From Sphagnum compactum (lineage: Eukaryota), in contig OZ234493.1 in assembly GCA_965153455.1 (NCBI GenBank), forward strand, positions 5,580,001 to 5,644,000: 64,000 nucleotides of DNA, in the 5' to 3' direction. The notes below the pieces were generated by a model that saw only the letters and a program-made list of their open reading frames with translations, ran no database searches and had not been told where the DNA came from. Positions 1 to 13,227 of the stretch are shown here, one piece after another (the first letter of the stretch is position 1; each line of letters begins with the position of its first letter). A program made the translations under genes and the position numbers.

Positions 1-1583
1 GTTTCAAGTTACAATGAAACAAATGTTTAATCACAGGCTCAAACTCTAAAATTCATGATCTTGTGCCTTGTTGCCCAAGAGGTTTATCACCAAAACTAAT
101 AATATTCTGCGAATTCAAAAGGTTTTTGGTAGCATTCCACTTTTCCAATACTAGCAATGTGGTGGCTTTAAGCTTCAAGGTTGATGCATTTGAAGTGAGA
201 GAAATGGGCGCTTTAATGTTTGACCTTGATTTAAAAGGTTGCAAACTTCGTGGTAGGGCCTTATTGAGCTTTGGGTTGATATGAAATTTGCTAACATCAA
301 AAGATCCTAAACACATGACCACTGAGACTTGTAACTTAACTGACGACAAACTGGAAGTCAATTCAACTATTTGAAATGTGGACCGGCACAATGTAGAAGT
401 GGGAACCTCATATGGGTTTTCAAGGCACACAAAGGTTGTTGACATAGCTGCATTAACAGGGTCGGTGCAAGCTAAAGTGAACCACTTTTTATGTCACACT
501 GTAGGTTTCTATAGAGTGTCATGCATTAATATGTCATTAACATGCCATAAAACCATCATAATGCCAAATTTTCCATTGAATTAAGATTCTCAACTTGAAT
601 AAAAAAACATCTACATAAAAAATTATAACATGAATTCTCCAAATATAGAGTATTGGACTTTTGAAGTTGAGAAATATGGACTAGTCTTTTGTCTATGGCC
701 TGATACAAATACATTTTTGTTTATGAATTTTGTTTAAGTTATTTTATAGGGACTCAATATATGACATATTAAAGCAAAAGTGACACAGATGCAAAAAAAA
801 TGTGAAAAAAACTTTAATCCGAAAGAAGATATGGATTTTTATTTGTCTTAAAATGGACATTATTACAAAATTCCATATCATATTCATTTTTTGGTGGATT
901 TCAATTTTTTTCTCTTTAACATGCATGTTGGGTTTTTATACAATTGGGTTTTTATTAACATAATTTTATTATCTCATTAATCACATTTAATCCCCCATTT
1001 AAATAATGATATCATAATACATTACAATTTTAACACTATCTAATGGACTTTTTATGGACTATTTATCCACTGGAATTGGTCCACTTTTTTTTGCAACCAC
1101 CCAATAGTCTTCTTTGGCTCCTGAAAACTCGAAACACATGGTGTAATGAATATGGAAAGCAAAACTTCCAAACATCTTTCTAGTTGTCATAGATCCTCAG
1201 AGCCTATGACATAAAAATATTTTTCTTACAGTTTTGATTCTAGAATAGCTTTCATAAGCTTTCTTGGAAACATGAAGTTGCCTATAAAAGAGTGTTAAAA
1301 TGATCACACAATTTCCAAACTTTTCGACATGGTCTCAATGAAACTCAATCTACACCCAAAATATCTCAAGATCACCAATTTCTGCTTGGACATCCCTACA
1401 AAAGAAAACCTCCAAGGAAGTCATACCTGTTTGATGCACATAATCTCAATTATCATTGGTGGGGATGTGTTCATTTGTTGCACCTTTTGGAATGTGATCC
1501 ACAAATCAACAACATACAAAGGAAGAAATGACATGTTTTGATATTTTCATTATAGTGTGTACGACTTGGAAAATATAATTCAC

Positions 1584-1990
1584 CTTGATAAGATTATCCA
1601 TAGATTTTCCAACACATTGTTCTCTTGGTCATAAGAATCTCTTCAAAGGAAGCACTTTCTCTAACCCCCAACAGCTTCATTGCATTCTCCAAAAACATTT
1701 CAGAAAGGAAAAGAATCATTAGCCATGAAATCATTTACCTTTGCATTCAATCACAAGGACCATTGTTGTTATGAGTCCCTACTCTTGAAACATGGTTTTT
1801 TAGGCATGGTTCTTTACATGAGCCAACCTTGCAAAACATTACATGTTTTGAGTATGTTTTGAGCTTTTTGCAATAGTTTTCACAACATGTGGTCGATTTG
1901 TTTCCAAAGGCATTTCCCCTTGGATATCCACCAACAAAAGTGTTAGGGAATACCACCTATTGAGAACCTTGATTTGTAGCCTTGGTTACC
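1584..1990 (-). pseudogene. Decayed first exon of a CPP1-like (chaperone-like protein of POR1, DUF3353) gene
   Basis: The minus strand reads NAKVNDFMANDSFPF-(+1 frameshift)-EMFLENAMKLLGVRESASFEEILMTKR. This matches the recalled family motif DDSAPFEMSVENALKLLGVSEGASFDEILRAK. It is preceded by a transit-peptide-like stretch with stops and ends at a GT donor near 1583. Confidence 0.65.
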
Positions 1991-2774
1991 AACCTCTCTG
2001 TTTTATCTTATGGTTCGATGCATAAACAAATAGAGATGTAATGAAGAAGGGAGTGAGCGAGCAAGGGAGAACATATGGTACAATTTATTGAAAGTAGCTG
2101 GAATATTATAGAAGATATTAAAAGCATGCGCCACAATAGTTCGAATAAATTTACATGAGACACTGGAAACCATGTTGTTTGCATGTAAGTCTTATAAGTA
2201 AATCTTGTGAGTGATGGAAATACAAGTTGTCCCACTTCAAGATTAAACTGAACCTACGAATAGGTACAGTCCAATAATGCATGAAAAAAAGGTTCGTAAA
2301 AGAAGAAAATGTTTCGATTTAACACCATGATGACAACGAAAGCTGACATTATGTGCATTGGCAAAAAGATCATTGTTAAACTCTTGGTCTTCTTCGTGCT
2401 GGTCTTCTCTCATTGCTTGCTTGTTCGCTTCCTTTCTTTTTTCCATGATAGTCGTACGAGTGGGATAACTTGTTAGGAGATGGGGTGATTAATAGGTAGG
2501 GCAAAAGACGTTAACCCCAAGTGGGGCAAATGGGTTGTGCACATGAAGGAAGAAGCTCGACAAACTGCCATGAAAGAAGCAAATCTACTCATGATCTTCC
2601 ACAAAACCTAGCAAGTAGAAAATCTCAACTTTCTACTTTATCGCACCTAGTAGACATCCGTTTGCCACTATAGCTCCCCTTTCAGCCTACCAACGAATTG
2701 TGGTGTTCCGTTTAACACTCAACTCGAGTCTTTCACGAGTGTCACCATTCACCTTTGTGCTCACCTACCTATCT

Positions 2775-3075
2775 TCCATAGCAATGGGAACAAAAGGAAT
2801 TTGCTAGGAACTTGATGAGAACAAGAGGAATTTTATGGGAATTCTTTGGGAACTTGATGTGAACAAAAGGATATTGATGGGTTATTGATGGGAACAAGAG
2901 GAATTTGATGAGAACATTTTGGGAACTTGATGGGAACAAAAGGAATTTGATTGAAACTTGATGGGAACAAAAGGAACTTGATTGAAACTTGATGGGAACA
3001 AAGGAATTTTGACGGATTATTGATGGGAACAAAAGGAATTTGATTGTAACTCTTTGGGAACTTGATGGGAAATCA
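2775..3075. repeat. Degenerate tandem array of GATGGGAACAAAAGGAATTT-like units (~20-30 bp), probably the interior of a non-autonomous element
   Basis: About ten copies of (T)TGATGGGAAC(A)AAAGGAA are directly visible. The 163-aa ORF across the array is repetitive. Confidence 0.75.
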
Positions 3076-3710
3076 CCCACCCCTTCAAAAAGATAATAAA
3101 CATCCCTTTGGGGCATGTTTGCACTACCCAATTGGCTCACCCCTTCAAAAATAAGAGACATCCTCGGGGGCATGTTGGTGCTGCCCAAATTGGCGCTCCT
3201 CACATGCTTTATCCTAATGTGTTTTTTTAGGAACAAGCTACACGGATAGGTACATCCCATGTATGGAATTTGTTGGTAACAAATTGCCTAGAGGGCAGGC
3301 AAAGAAAATTAGATGGAGCAGCTCAAAAGATGGGCAGACAATGTGTGCATGTGCACATTTTATCTACCTGCCTCCCTTTCTGCCAGCGGATTTCAAGGAG
3401 CAGGCAGGCAGAACCCATAACAGAATCGTAGTAGAAGACACAGAATTTTCAAGTCTCAAGATCTCACTTGAGATCTCAGAAAGGGACGAGCGACGTGGCC
3501 TCACCAGCATCCAGAACCTCTGGAAATCGCACAAAGCCTCCTCCTCAAAGATACCCGAATAGGGCACCAAAACAAGCTAGTTAGAACTGAGGTAAGGTGG
3601 ATGGGCAACCCCAGAGGTCCCTAGTCTGAGGTCCCTTTTTATCTGCCAATACAAAGGAACAGTTGAGTTACTGTTTACATATATTGGGATTCTCTTGTCT
3701 CTTCATTATT

Positions 3711-4032
3711 AAGTTATCTTAAAACTTACCCTGTGTTTAGGCCCTAGTTTGACCCTGGAATCCCTGTTTCATCCCCAAATCAGGGCTGTTTCGGCATTTT
3801 ATTCTGACAGGGCTTCATTCAATGAAGAACAACAATGCCGGGTCTGAGCACAGCAATGAGGGTTCAAGTTTCAAGTAACGAAAATTAAAACTGGGGATGA
3901 AACTGCTGTGAGGATCAAAATTAGGTGAGAAACCCCAATTTAGTCCCCTCTTTTTCTCCCTGTTTACTATTTTCATCCTAACTTCAAAACTGGGGTCCAG
4001 TAACCCTAGTTTGGGGTACGTTATGGATAACT
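3711..4032 (+). mobile_element. MITE-like element, family A, copy 1
   Basis: Imperfect TIRs: AGTTATCTTAAAACTTACCC on the left, and the right end reverse-complements to AGTTATCCATAACGTACCCC. A homologous inverted copy lies at ~12250-12565. Confidence 0.65.
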
Positions 4033-4154
4033 GTAATGTCTGTGTGGACTCCTGCTGCCTCTTTTCCAGAGATGGAGATCATGCATCTGAAGTATATATG
4101 TGGACAAGTCCACCCACAAGCCCCTATTCAGACCTAACCTGTGTTTATAAATAC

Positions 4155-4523
4155 AAAATAAGTACCCCCAGCTTATAATTGGGGTTGGGGGGGGGGGATT
4201 TTTTTCATTTTTCCTTTGTTCCCAACATGTGTCCCTTCAAGTTCCCAATGAGTTCCCATCAGGTTCTCATTATATTTTGTAGGTTCCCAACGTGTTCCTC
4301 AAGGGTGTTCCCAATAGCACCTCGCTTTGATTGCATATGTTTTGTCACCTACATAGGTGGGCCAAAGGGGAAGACACTCCATCTTTCCATAGAATCTTTT
4401 ATTTTGTGGAGCCTCAACCTTTTTTTTCTTTGGGCCAATCAAATTGGCTCATTGCAACAAAAAAAAAAGTTGGACTTGTGAGCACCCCCAGCTAATTAAT
4501 ATGAAATAAAATAAGTACCCCAG
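4155..4523. mobile_element. ~355-bp element bounded by the direct repeat AAAATAAGTACCCC(C)AG
   Basis: The same motif occurs at ~4155 and ~4508. The interior is non-coding and rich in TTCCC units. Confidence 0.45.
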
Positions 4524-4876
4524 TTCATATGGAAGTTCCCTATGTCCCACAGTTTCTGCTCCCTGCCATTAGGGGAGGCCAAAATAGTGCTGAACAAAGT
4601 GAGAACAAGAAAATTTCCTTAGCCAATGATGTGAGCCAATATGAGTACAAAAGGCTTTAGACTCTTTTCTTTTGGGGAATATGGGGGGGTTTTGAGATTT
4701 TTTCTTTTCTCTTTTGTGATGGGTGCAAGAAAATTAAGTGTAATTTGTTTCTCTTTCTTTCTGGGGTTGGGGTTGAGGGCATGGCAAATAAAGTCCCCCT
4801 TTCAACTGATTAACAACAATCACTCTATATTGTATAGTGTTAGTTCTTCCTAGGCCTTATAGCAAGTCTACCCATA

Positions 4877-5199
4877 CCTTTTATTGGCCTTGCCTACCAA
4901 GGCAAGGATATTGTGTTTAGATTCATTATAGAGTATAGTAGCTTAAAGGGATTTTGGCCCCTAGGTAATAATAGGTCTATTTTTATATGAGGATTTTGTA
5001 AAGATGATATTTTGGCTTGTGTTGAAACTTGAGATTAGTTATAGAGTTATTATATCTTGAAGGATTTTTGGTTTCTTTTAGAGTATTTTTTGAAGATTAT
5101 ATTTTTGCATGGTGAAATATTTGAGTTTCTGTAATTCTTCTTTTGCCTTAAGACGCTTTTTAATGTAAATGGCAAGGCCACAGTGTGACACACCCCTTG
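4877..5199 (+). mobile_element. Non-autonomous Helentron/Helitron2 (HLE2, HINE/DINE-like) element, copy 1
   Basis: 5' subTIR TGGCCTTGCC (4885-4894) within the hairpin CCTTGCCT-acca-AGGCAAGG. 3' subTIR GGCAAGGCCA (5171-5180), then stem-loop GTGT-gac-ACAC and a terminus CTTG followed by TTT. A near-identical inverted copy lies at 13322-13639. Confidence 0.7.
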
Positions 5200-6948
5200 T
5201 TTAAGCATGGACCAATGTTTATGGCGTTGCATCCAATAGAGAGTGTTAATTGTTTCCCCAACCCCACCCATAAGTTCATGAATGTGTTTTTTAGAGGTGA
5301 TGATTTATTGGAACTGATTTAGGTAGGACATCTCTAAGTTTCATAAGTTGTCGACTTCACCAATTCTCAAGCAACGAGGAATGAAAAGCTGTATTTTTAA
5401 ATGTGTTATTTTTTATAAAAAAATTCCAACATCAGAGTCACAAGCACATTTTCAATATTTTTTGCACCAATTTTTTTTCAATTCAATCAAGATTCCTAAT
5501 TTGAATTCAAGTTTCTTCAAGTTGCATGCAATGTCATTTAATATTTTCATTTGAATGAAACTTATATTTCACAATTTTCAATTCAATTTTCTTGTCAATT
5601 GATCATCATTGGTAGTGAGTAACAACACAAAGCCCAAGTTGGACAATATAAAGTGAGAAATTATTTAAATATTATCACCTCCTTGGCCAATCAAAAGCAA
5701 TCTTTTGGGGGAAGGGGGGGTGGGCTGCACTTCTCCAATTGTTGGCTCCACTTTAACCTCTCCTTTGGAGTTGAATTTGATTGCAATGGGTTTGCAATTG
5801 TGAAAATTTATTTAAAACAGAAAATAATTTAATTTATGCTGAAACCGTTGCAGTTCAAATCTCACAGTCCAAAACTTGGACATTCTTAATTTTTATAATA
5901 ATATTTTAAAAATTATACAAGTAATAAATAATTTCTCAAAACTTCAGCCCAAAAAAAATAAATTTAATTTATGCTGAAACCATTTCATGTACTATGACAA
6001 ACAGTTAGCAAGTCAGGTATTTCAAAATATATTACACATTACAAGTGGGTATTGTGGATATTTTAAAACCAGGAAAACTGGTAACCAGGGTATTGCTTAA
6101 ACAAGAAAATTGATAACACAAAGTCTCACAAAATAAATTCAAAATCCAGTTACTGGAATACCTTGGCAGCTTTGATACTAATTATATTATTTGTACAACT
6201 GTTGAAATTTTCAACCAAAAAAAATTTGAAAGAGAAACATTTTGTGAAGGAAACTAGAGAATTTTTTGGAATACATAAGAAGTTTTTTTTTGACCAACAT
6301 GAAATCCTCAAAATTAAGTACTGTAATATCTAGGCTGGTTAGGCATTAATAAATCATTTTTGGATCTGCCAAAAACTCTGACAAATATTTACCTACCATA
6401 CCAAAAATCTGAAAGAAACTCTCAAGCACACTAGCTTCATTATTTAGTATATAGTGCCTAATTATAAAATATTATTAATTCTACTGTCAAAAGTAAGTGA
6501 AATATATATATATATATTCTTAAGGCACCTTGTTGCTGAACCTGCCCATGTACTACAATAGGTAATTACTTGACAAACATGTGTTGAAGCTGCCCTTGCA
6601 CTACTATATTTGATACTCTATGCAAGAGGAATTCTGTTTTTTTCACAAAGACCTTGGCCAGCTCCAGTTATGGGATAATTTTCTTTTATAAAAAATTTAA
6701 AATTTATTTAAAATTTATTTATTTATTTATTTAAAAATAAAATAACTAAAATAAGAAAAACACCGACCAACTCTAGTCCAATCTCCAAACCCATTTTCAT
6801 ACTCTTTGAAGGTTTAGGTGTGTCAATTGTCTCATTGGAGAAGGAAGGCAGCAGGAACGGAATTTTCAGAAAGAGAAGGAAAGCAGAGAATCATGAATGC
6901 TAAGCAGGCAAGGAAAAACACTGAACGCGAGAACTGGGATGAAACAGG

Positions 6949-7036
6949 TAGGGTTAGGGTTAGGGTTCTGAGATCTGTGGTTTGTCAAGAAAGAGGAGCG
7001 GGTATTGTCCCACCAGAGAGATAGAGAGAGAGAGAG
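6949..7036 (+). promoter_or_regulatory. Telo-box-like (TAGGGT)x3 and GA repeat in the PRP22 promoter/5'UTR
   Basis: TAGGGTTAGGGTTAGGGTT at 6949-6967 and a GA tract at ~7014-7036, just upstream of ATG 7093. Telo-boxes are typical of plant translation and RNA-processing genes. Confidence 0.5.
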
Positions 7037-7092
7037 GATGCACGCGACGTCGTAGGATAAATGCATGCAAGGTTGTAGAGTAGCTGGTTAGA

Positions 7093-10000
7093 ATGGATTC
7101 GGGGTTGAAGAAGTTGGAGTATTTGTCGCTGGTGTCCAAGGTTTGCACGGAGCTTGAAGCGCACATCGGATGCTCTGATAAAACCTTAGCTGAGTTTATC
7201 ATCGACATCGCTCAGCGTAGTGACACGGTCGAGGCTTTCGACCAGGCGCTGAAGAAGAATGGCGCCGAGATCCCTGAGTACTTCGTCAAGACGTTGCTGA
7301 CCATCATCCACGCTATTCTGCCCCCGAAGAGTAAGGCGGAGCGGGAGAAGCTCAAGGGTTTAGACGGGGACAAAGACGAGAAGAAGTCGGCCTTCCCGGG
7401 ACTATCCGTTCCTGACAATCGAACGCGCGTGAAAGAGTTGGAAGAAGAGCTTACCGCAGAGGGAGTCGTAGTTCGAGATCGGATTGATGGCGGCAGGAGA
7501 GATGCGCATAGGAATGGGAGAGAAAGGGGTGAAAAAGAAAATCAGGGGGAGGACGACGAACTAAGGGATAGACGTAGACACAGTGTGAGGGACAAGGATA
7601 AAGGAAGGGACAGGGACAGGGAGCGAGAAAGGGGGAGAGAGAGGGAAAGCGGGAGTGAGAGAGATGGAATTAGGGTTAGGGATGGTGTGGGAGGTAGAGG
7701 GGACAAAGACGACATAGATCAAAGGTATCGACATGGTAGAGGAAGGGAACATGAGGAGAAGGAAGAACGAGTAAGGTTGAGTGATAGAGACAGGGGCCGC
7801 GATAGAGATCCAGCGCAAGGAAGTGCTCGGCATCAAAGAGACGGCGGTGAGAAATGGAGAGAGAGTGACGGGGCCAGGGACAATAATGACGATCATGGGG
7901 GGAGAGAAAGGGGAGGTCAAACGAGGGCCAATGGAGCTGGCCGCACAGAGGTGGTCGATGAGCCTGAGCTGTTTGGAATATACAAGGGAAGGGTTTCACG
8001 GATAATGGACTATGGCTGCTTTGTTCAACTGCAAGGAGTGAGAGAGAGAAAAGAGGGACTTGTACATGTGTATCATATTGCATCTCGCAGGGTTGCAAAT
8101 GCCAAAGATGCCGTGGAGCGGGATCAGGAGGTCTGGGTAAAGGTGATCTCAATTGGTGAGAAGAAAATGAGCCTCTCCATGCGTGATGTCGACCAGAAGA
8201 CTGGGCAAGATTTGCTTCCCATGAAAAAACCCAGCATTGAGGAGGAGAACCTGCGCACCAATCCATCCAGCTCCAGCCTGGCCCCTGTCACAAGGAAGGG
8301 TTTGTCAGGAATCACCATAGTTGAGGAAGATGAGAATGTCTCAGCCAGAAGGCCTATGAAGAGGATGAGCTCACCAGAGCGGTGGGAGGCTAAGCAATTG
8401 ATTGCATCAGGGGTGCTGGATGTGCGGGACTATCCCATGTATGATGAGGATGGTGGTGGCATGTTGTATCAAGAAGAGGGTGGGGAAGAAGAGCTTGAGA
8501 TCGAGCTCAATGAAGATGAACCCCCGTTTCTCAGGGGCCAGACACGATACTCCATTGATGTATCCCCAGTCAAAATTGTGAAGAACCCTGATGGCTCCTT
8601 ACAGCGAGCTGCTATGACTCAGTCAGCACTGGCAAAAGAGAGGAGGGAGCTGCGGGAACAGCAGCAGCGAACCATGCTGGATTCAATACCCAAGGATCTT
8701 AACAGACCATGGGAGGATCCCATGCCTGAGACTGGTGAGAGGCATTTGGCTCAGGAGCTTCGTGGAGTGGGGCTCTCAGCCTATGACATGCCAGAGTGGA
8801 AGAAGGATGCATTTGGCAAGGCTCCCACATTTGGGCAACGCTCAAAGCTTTCAATCCAGGAGCAGCGACAGAGTTTGCCTATTTACAAGCTAAAGAATGA
8901 GCTCATCAAGGCCGTAAATGACAACCAGGTGCTGGTGGTCATTGGAGAGACAGGCTCGGGGAAGACAACACAGATGACACAGTATTTGGCAGAAGCTGGA
9001 TACACAACTAGGGGCAAAATAGGATGCACACAACCTCGGCGTGTGGCAGCAATGTCAGTGGCCAAAAGAGTTGCCGAGGAATTTGGCTGTCGTCTTGGTG
9101 AGGAGGTCGGTTATGCAATTCGGTTTGAGGACTGCACAGGACCCGAGACAGTGATCAAGTATATGACAGATGGAATGTTGCTCCGAGAGATTTTAGTTGA
9201 TGAGCAGCTCGTTTCGTATTCTGTGATCATGCTGGACGAGGCTCATGAACGGACAATTCATACAGATGTGTTGTTTGGCCTTTTGAAGGGGCTTGTGAAG
9301 CGGAGGCCTGATCTAAGGCTCATTGTCACTTCAGCAACACTGAACGCAGAGAAGTTTTCTGGTTATTTCTTCAATTGCCCCATCTTCACCATCCCTGGAC
9401 GGACTTTCCCAGTGGAGATTCTCTACACAAAGCAACCTGAGACTGATTATCTTGATGCTGCCCTCATTACAGTGATGCAGATCCATCTCACTGAGCCTGA
9501 GGGGGATATTCTGCTTTTCTTGACAGGGCAGGAGGAGATCGATACAGCCTGTCAGATTCTGTATGAGAGAATTAAGGGATTGGGTCCTAATGTGCCAGAG
9601 CTGATCATCTTGCCTGTCTACAGTGCTCTTCCAAGTGAGATGCAGACTCGTATTTTTGAGCCACCACCTCCTGGAACAAGGAAGGTGGTGGTGGCCACCA
9701 ATATTGCAGAGGCATCTCTTACGATTGATGGAATTTACTATGTTGTGGACCCTGGGTTTGCAAAGCAAAATGTATACAATCCAAAGCTTGGACTTGATTC
9801 CTTGGTCATCACTCCCATTTCACAAGCATCAGCACGCCAAAGAGCAGGTCGAGCAGGTAGAACTGGACCTGGCAAGTGTTATCGACTGTACACAGAGAGT
9901 GCATACCGCAATGAGATGCTGCCCACAACTGTGCCAGAAATCCAAAGAATAAACTTGGGATCTACAACACTGCAAATGAAAGCTATGGGGATCAATGATC

Positions 10001-11353
10001 TCCTCTCCTTTGATTTTATGGACCCTCCTCCCCCACAGGCACTCATATCAGCTATGGAACAGCTGTACAGTCTTGGAGCACTAGACGAGGAGGGCCTTTT
10101 GACAAAATTGGGAAGAAAAATGGCCGAGTTTCCTTTGGAGCCGCCTCAATCAAAGATGCTGCTGGCCAGTGTGGACTTGGGTTGCAGTGATGAAATTCTT
10201 ACAATCATCTCTATGCTACAAGCCCAGAATATCTTCTATCGCCCACGGGAGAAACAAGCACAGGCAGACCAAAAGAAGGCAAAGTTCTTCCAAATTGAAG
10301 GTGATCACTTGACATTGTTAGCAGTGTATGAGGCTTGGAAGGCCAAAAACTTTTCAGGTCCATGGTGTTTTGAGAACTTTGTGCAGTCCCGGTCACTGAG
10401 GAGAGCGCAGGATGTGCGGAAGCAGCTGCTCACCGTCATGGACAGGTATTGAAGCAATACATTTGTGCACAGTTGTACTTCTGCTCTTGAATTATCAGTT
10501 CCTGTAACAAGAGGACTGCAATGTAGTTCATAGTAATGTTTGAATATAGTTGCTCAGAGATATGTTCATGGTCCAGGATGAGCCAGCTACTACCCTCAAG
10601 TTAGAGTTTCCATGCCTTTGGCTTAGATGGTTGCTTGTACAGGGGCAGGTGAATTGAAATGGGGCTTTACCCTCACAAGCTATTGCAGCTTGAGTCACAA
10701 TCCCATTGACTTGTTGAATGGATGTCATCATGTGAGAGGAGAGTTCACAATAAGCAACGCTGAAGTATCTTTAAATGCTTGTCCTAAAGTGTTTCAACTG
10801 ATCTTACTAGCAGGCCTGGGGTGATAAGATACTGTCAACTCTTCTATTTGTCATAATGTGAGAGAAGTGGCATCAAGAGCTGAAACCTGGTAGTTGACAA
10901 AAGCACATAGTCCTTATTTTACTGTTGCTGACTTGGATTGGGCCTGTTTGTGGGTTCAGGTACAAGCTGGATGTGGTAAGCGCAGGCAAGAACTTCACAC
11001 GCATACGCAAGGCAATAGCTGCTGGTTTCTTCTTCCATGCAGCACGCAAGGACCCACAAGAGGGTTACCGCACGTTGGTTGAGAATCAACCAGTCTATAT
11101 TCATCCTAGCAGTGCACTGTTCCAGCGGCAGCCTGACTGGGTCATCTATCATGAGTTAGTCATGACCACAAAGGAGTACATGCGTGAGGTTACCTTGATG
11201 GATCCTAAGTGGCTTGTTGAGTTGGCACCAAGGTTTTTCAAGGTTGCTGATCCCACAAAATTAAGCAAGAGGAAACGACAAGAGCGCATCGAACCCCTCT
11301 ATGATCGTTACCATGAACCAAACTCGTGGCGTCTTAGCAAGCGGCGTGCTTAA
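7093..11353 (+). CDS. PRP22: Pre-mRNA-splicing DEAH-box RNA helicase PRP22/DHX8 (DEAH5-like); exons 7093-10445 and 10960-11353
   Basis: N-terminal PWI-like region, RD/RE-rich tract and S1 domain ([15 protein letters not shown]). Helicase motifs [15 protein letters not shown] and QRAGRAGR are present, followed by HA2/OB regions and the conserved end [19 protein letters not shown] intron at 10446-10959 joins in frame (MD-R-YKLD). Confidence 0.97.
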
Positions 11354-12249
11354 CAATATTTCACGATCTTCATGTACATCATCTGAGCTTTTCATTACAA
11401 GCCTTGGTAGTCTTGATCTGGTGAGGAAGTTGCACCACAGGAGACTAGTGCTGGGTTTCACTCAGGGTCATGAACATAGCAGTTTTGCATCCTCTATAGA
11501 AGACAGTGGTTCTTCACAAGGTTCTTGTTAATTTAGTTTGCTTGGTGCAGCTGACAGTTAGCATTCCTCGAGTAATCTAGTTTTAGTCACCATTCCTCAT
11601 CTTTCCTCACTTGCCAAAATGCTGCAGTCACTGTTCTTGCAGGTGGTGGAGTACCTACTTCTAGAGTGACATTCCTATTCATATCTGACAGCAATTAAGG
11701 TGGAGACAAGATTTTAGTTTGTCATCTATACACCCTGAATTGTTTGACCCTACCCTTCCTAATACTGCACCTTTGAGAAGGCATCTTTTTTCAAAGCACA
11801 CAGTTCCAAAAGTCAAAATGAAAAATGCTTCTTGTCCACCTTTAGAGGCAGCTGCTGCCGCCACTGCCTGCTGCTCTTGCAGATGATTCCTCCTACAGTG
11901 TAATGTGTGAAGAATCGGCTTTGCAGAACTGTTTTGTGGGACATCTGGCAGGTCAAAGTTGATGATGATGAGTTCAGCTGTTTCTAACAATATTGCTTGG
12001 CATTTTATTATTTAATCCCTGCTTTGAAAACGTTGTCAGCAGCACACAGCAGCAACTGTGATTTTCATTGCAAGACAGATCCAACAGCTAAAAAGCTTCA
12101 TGATTCATCATCATGCTATACAATCATAGGAAACAAAATCTTCAAGAGTGTCAATCCTGCTGTACAATCCATGTAAAGTATGTTTGAAAAAAGCAGGCTG
12201 GAAAGAGCTGGCTATTGATATTTAATAGAGGTATCAGCGGGGCTACTGA

Positions 12250-12565
12250 GCAACAGTTTCGCCCAAACTGGAGATGGAATGAGAAGTCAGGATGAAAACA
12301 GTAGACATGAACAAAAAAGGGGACCAAATTAGTTGTCTCACCTAAATTCGGCCACAGGAGTTTCACCCCCCAGTTTTGGGATTTGCTTGTCCCTACGTAT
12401 TCACTGCTGCTGATATCCTTCATACCCTTGTCAGAATGAGATCCTGCAAATCATGAAATGGTACAATTTTTCGCTCATTTGACACCTGCCCTCGAATTGG
12501 GGATGAAACAGGGATTAGAGGTTGGAACTAGGGCCTAAAGACAGAGTGACTTTGTGGATAACTTT
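12250..12565 (-). mobile_element. MITE-like element, family A, copy 2 (inverted relative to 3711-4032)
   Basis: The reverse complement contains TTTAGGCCCTAGTT..AATCCCTGTTTCATCCCCAA and AAAACTGGGG.TGAAACT...TTAGGTGAGA...TTTTCATCCT, as in copy 1. Confidence 0.7.
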
Positions 12566-13078
12566 ATTGTTGTGTCCTGTTCACATGTGTGCCTTTGTCT
12601 GTTTCTGGACACAAAAGTTGGATAAACTTGGATTTGATATGATTTTGTTTGTATCTAAGAAGCCAACTCCTTAAACTCTTTTTCCACTCGTTCTTTTATT
12701 GGGAGTCAACTCCATTTTCCATGGTGTGGCGCAAAAAGGCCAGTGGGCTCCTTAATCAGCCAACCCGATGGAGCCAACTGGTACAAAAGCTCATCAAGTG
12801 TGAATAAGGCTGTTGTAAATCTAAAGACTCGATGACACGTGTTAACGCAGCCCATGAAAAAGCTGTCCAAGCATTGTTGTCGCCATTTGGCCCCCTTCCA
12901 CGTCATAGGATAATGAACCAAATGAGGTAGCCAGAGTAGTTTCTGTGCACTTTCTTTTCCTTACTTCTTTTCCACACATTTTCAGAAAACCTTGTATGTC
13001 TTTTTGGCACGTACGGTTCAGATGTGACCAACGTGCCACTACTCATGTGCCTGGACACCTCCACGTGAGCATCGAGAC

Positions 13079-13227
13079 CAGTGATTTTTTTGGGACAAAA
13101 AATTGGGAAATTTTTGCACATTTTTTTGTTTTTGTTTTGCACATTTGGCTAATTTGGCTAATTTTGCTAATTTTAGGGGAAAAATTCACCAGATTCTTGA
13201 TATCAAAAGATTGAAAGCGAAACCCTG
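13079..13227. mobile_element. Short CAG...CTG hAT-like MITE
   Basis: Starts CAGTGATTTTTTT and ends AAACCCTG. It shares the interior AAAATTCACCAGATT with 19141-19280. The TSD is only partial. Confidence 0.4.

Noticed and set aside
53..445. 130-aa minus-strand ORF at the window start
   Set aside because: No recognisable motif, so a product call cannot be supported.
2769..3260. 163-aa ORF
   Set aside because: It spans a tandem-repeat element and the translation is repetitive and low-information.
6949..6967. TTAGGG repeats as an interstitial telomere
   Set aside because: There are only three units, in a promoter position, so a telo-box is the better explanation.
7212..9952. Several antisense and alternative-frame ORFs within PRP22
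   Set aside because: They are shadow ORFs from a GC-richer, purine-biased coding region.
10446..10959. Near-intronless PRP22 as a retrogene
   Set aside because: It retains a canonical intron, and plant PRP22 orthologues are, as I recall, also intron-poor, so this is not clearly unusual.
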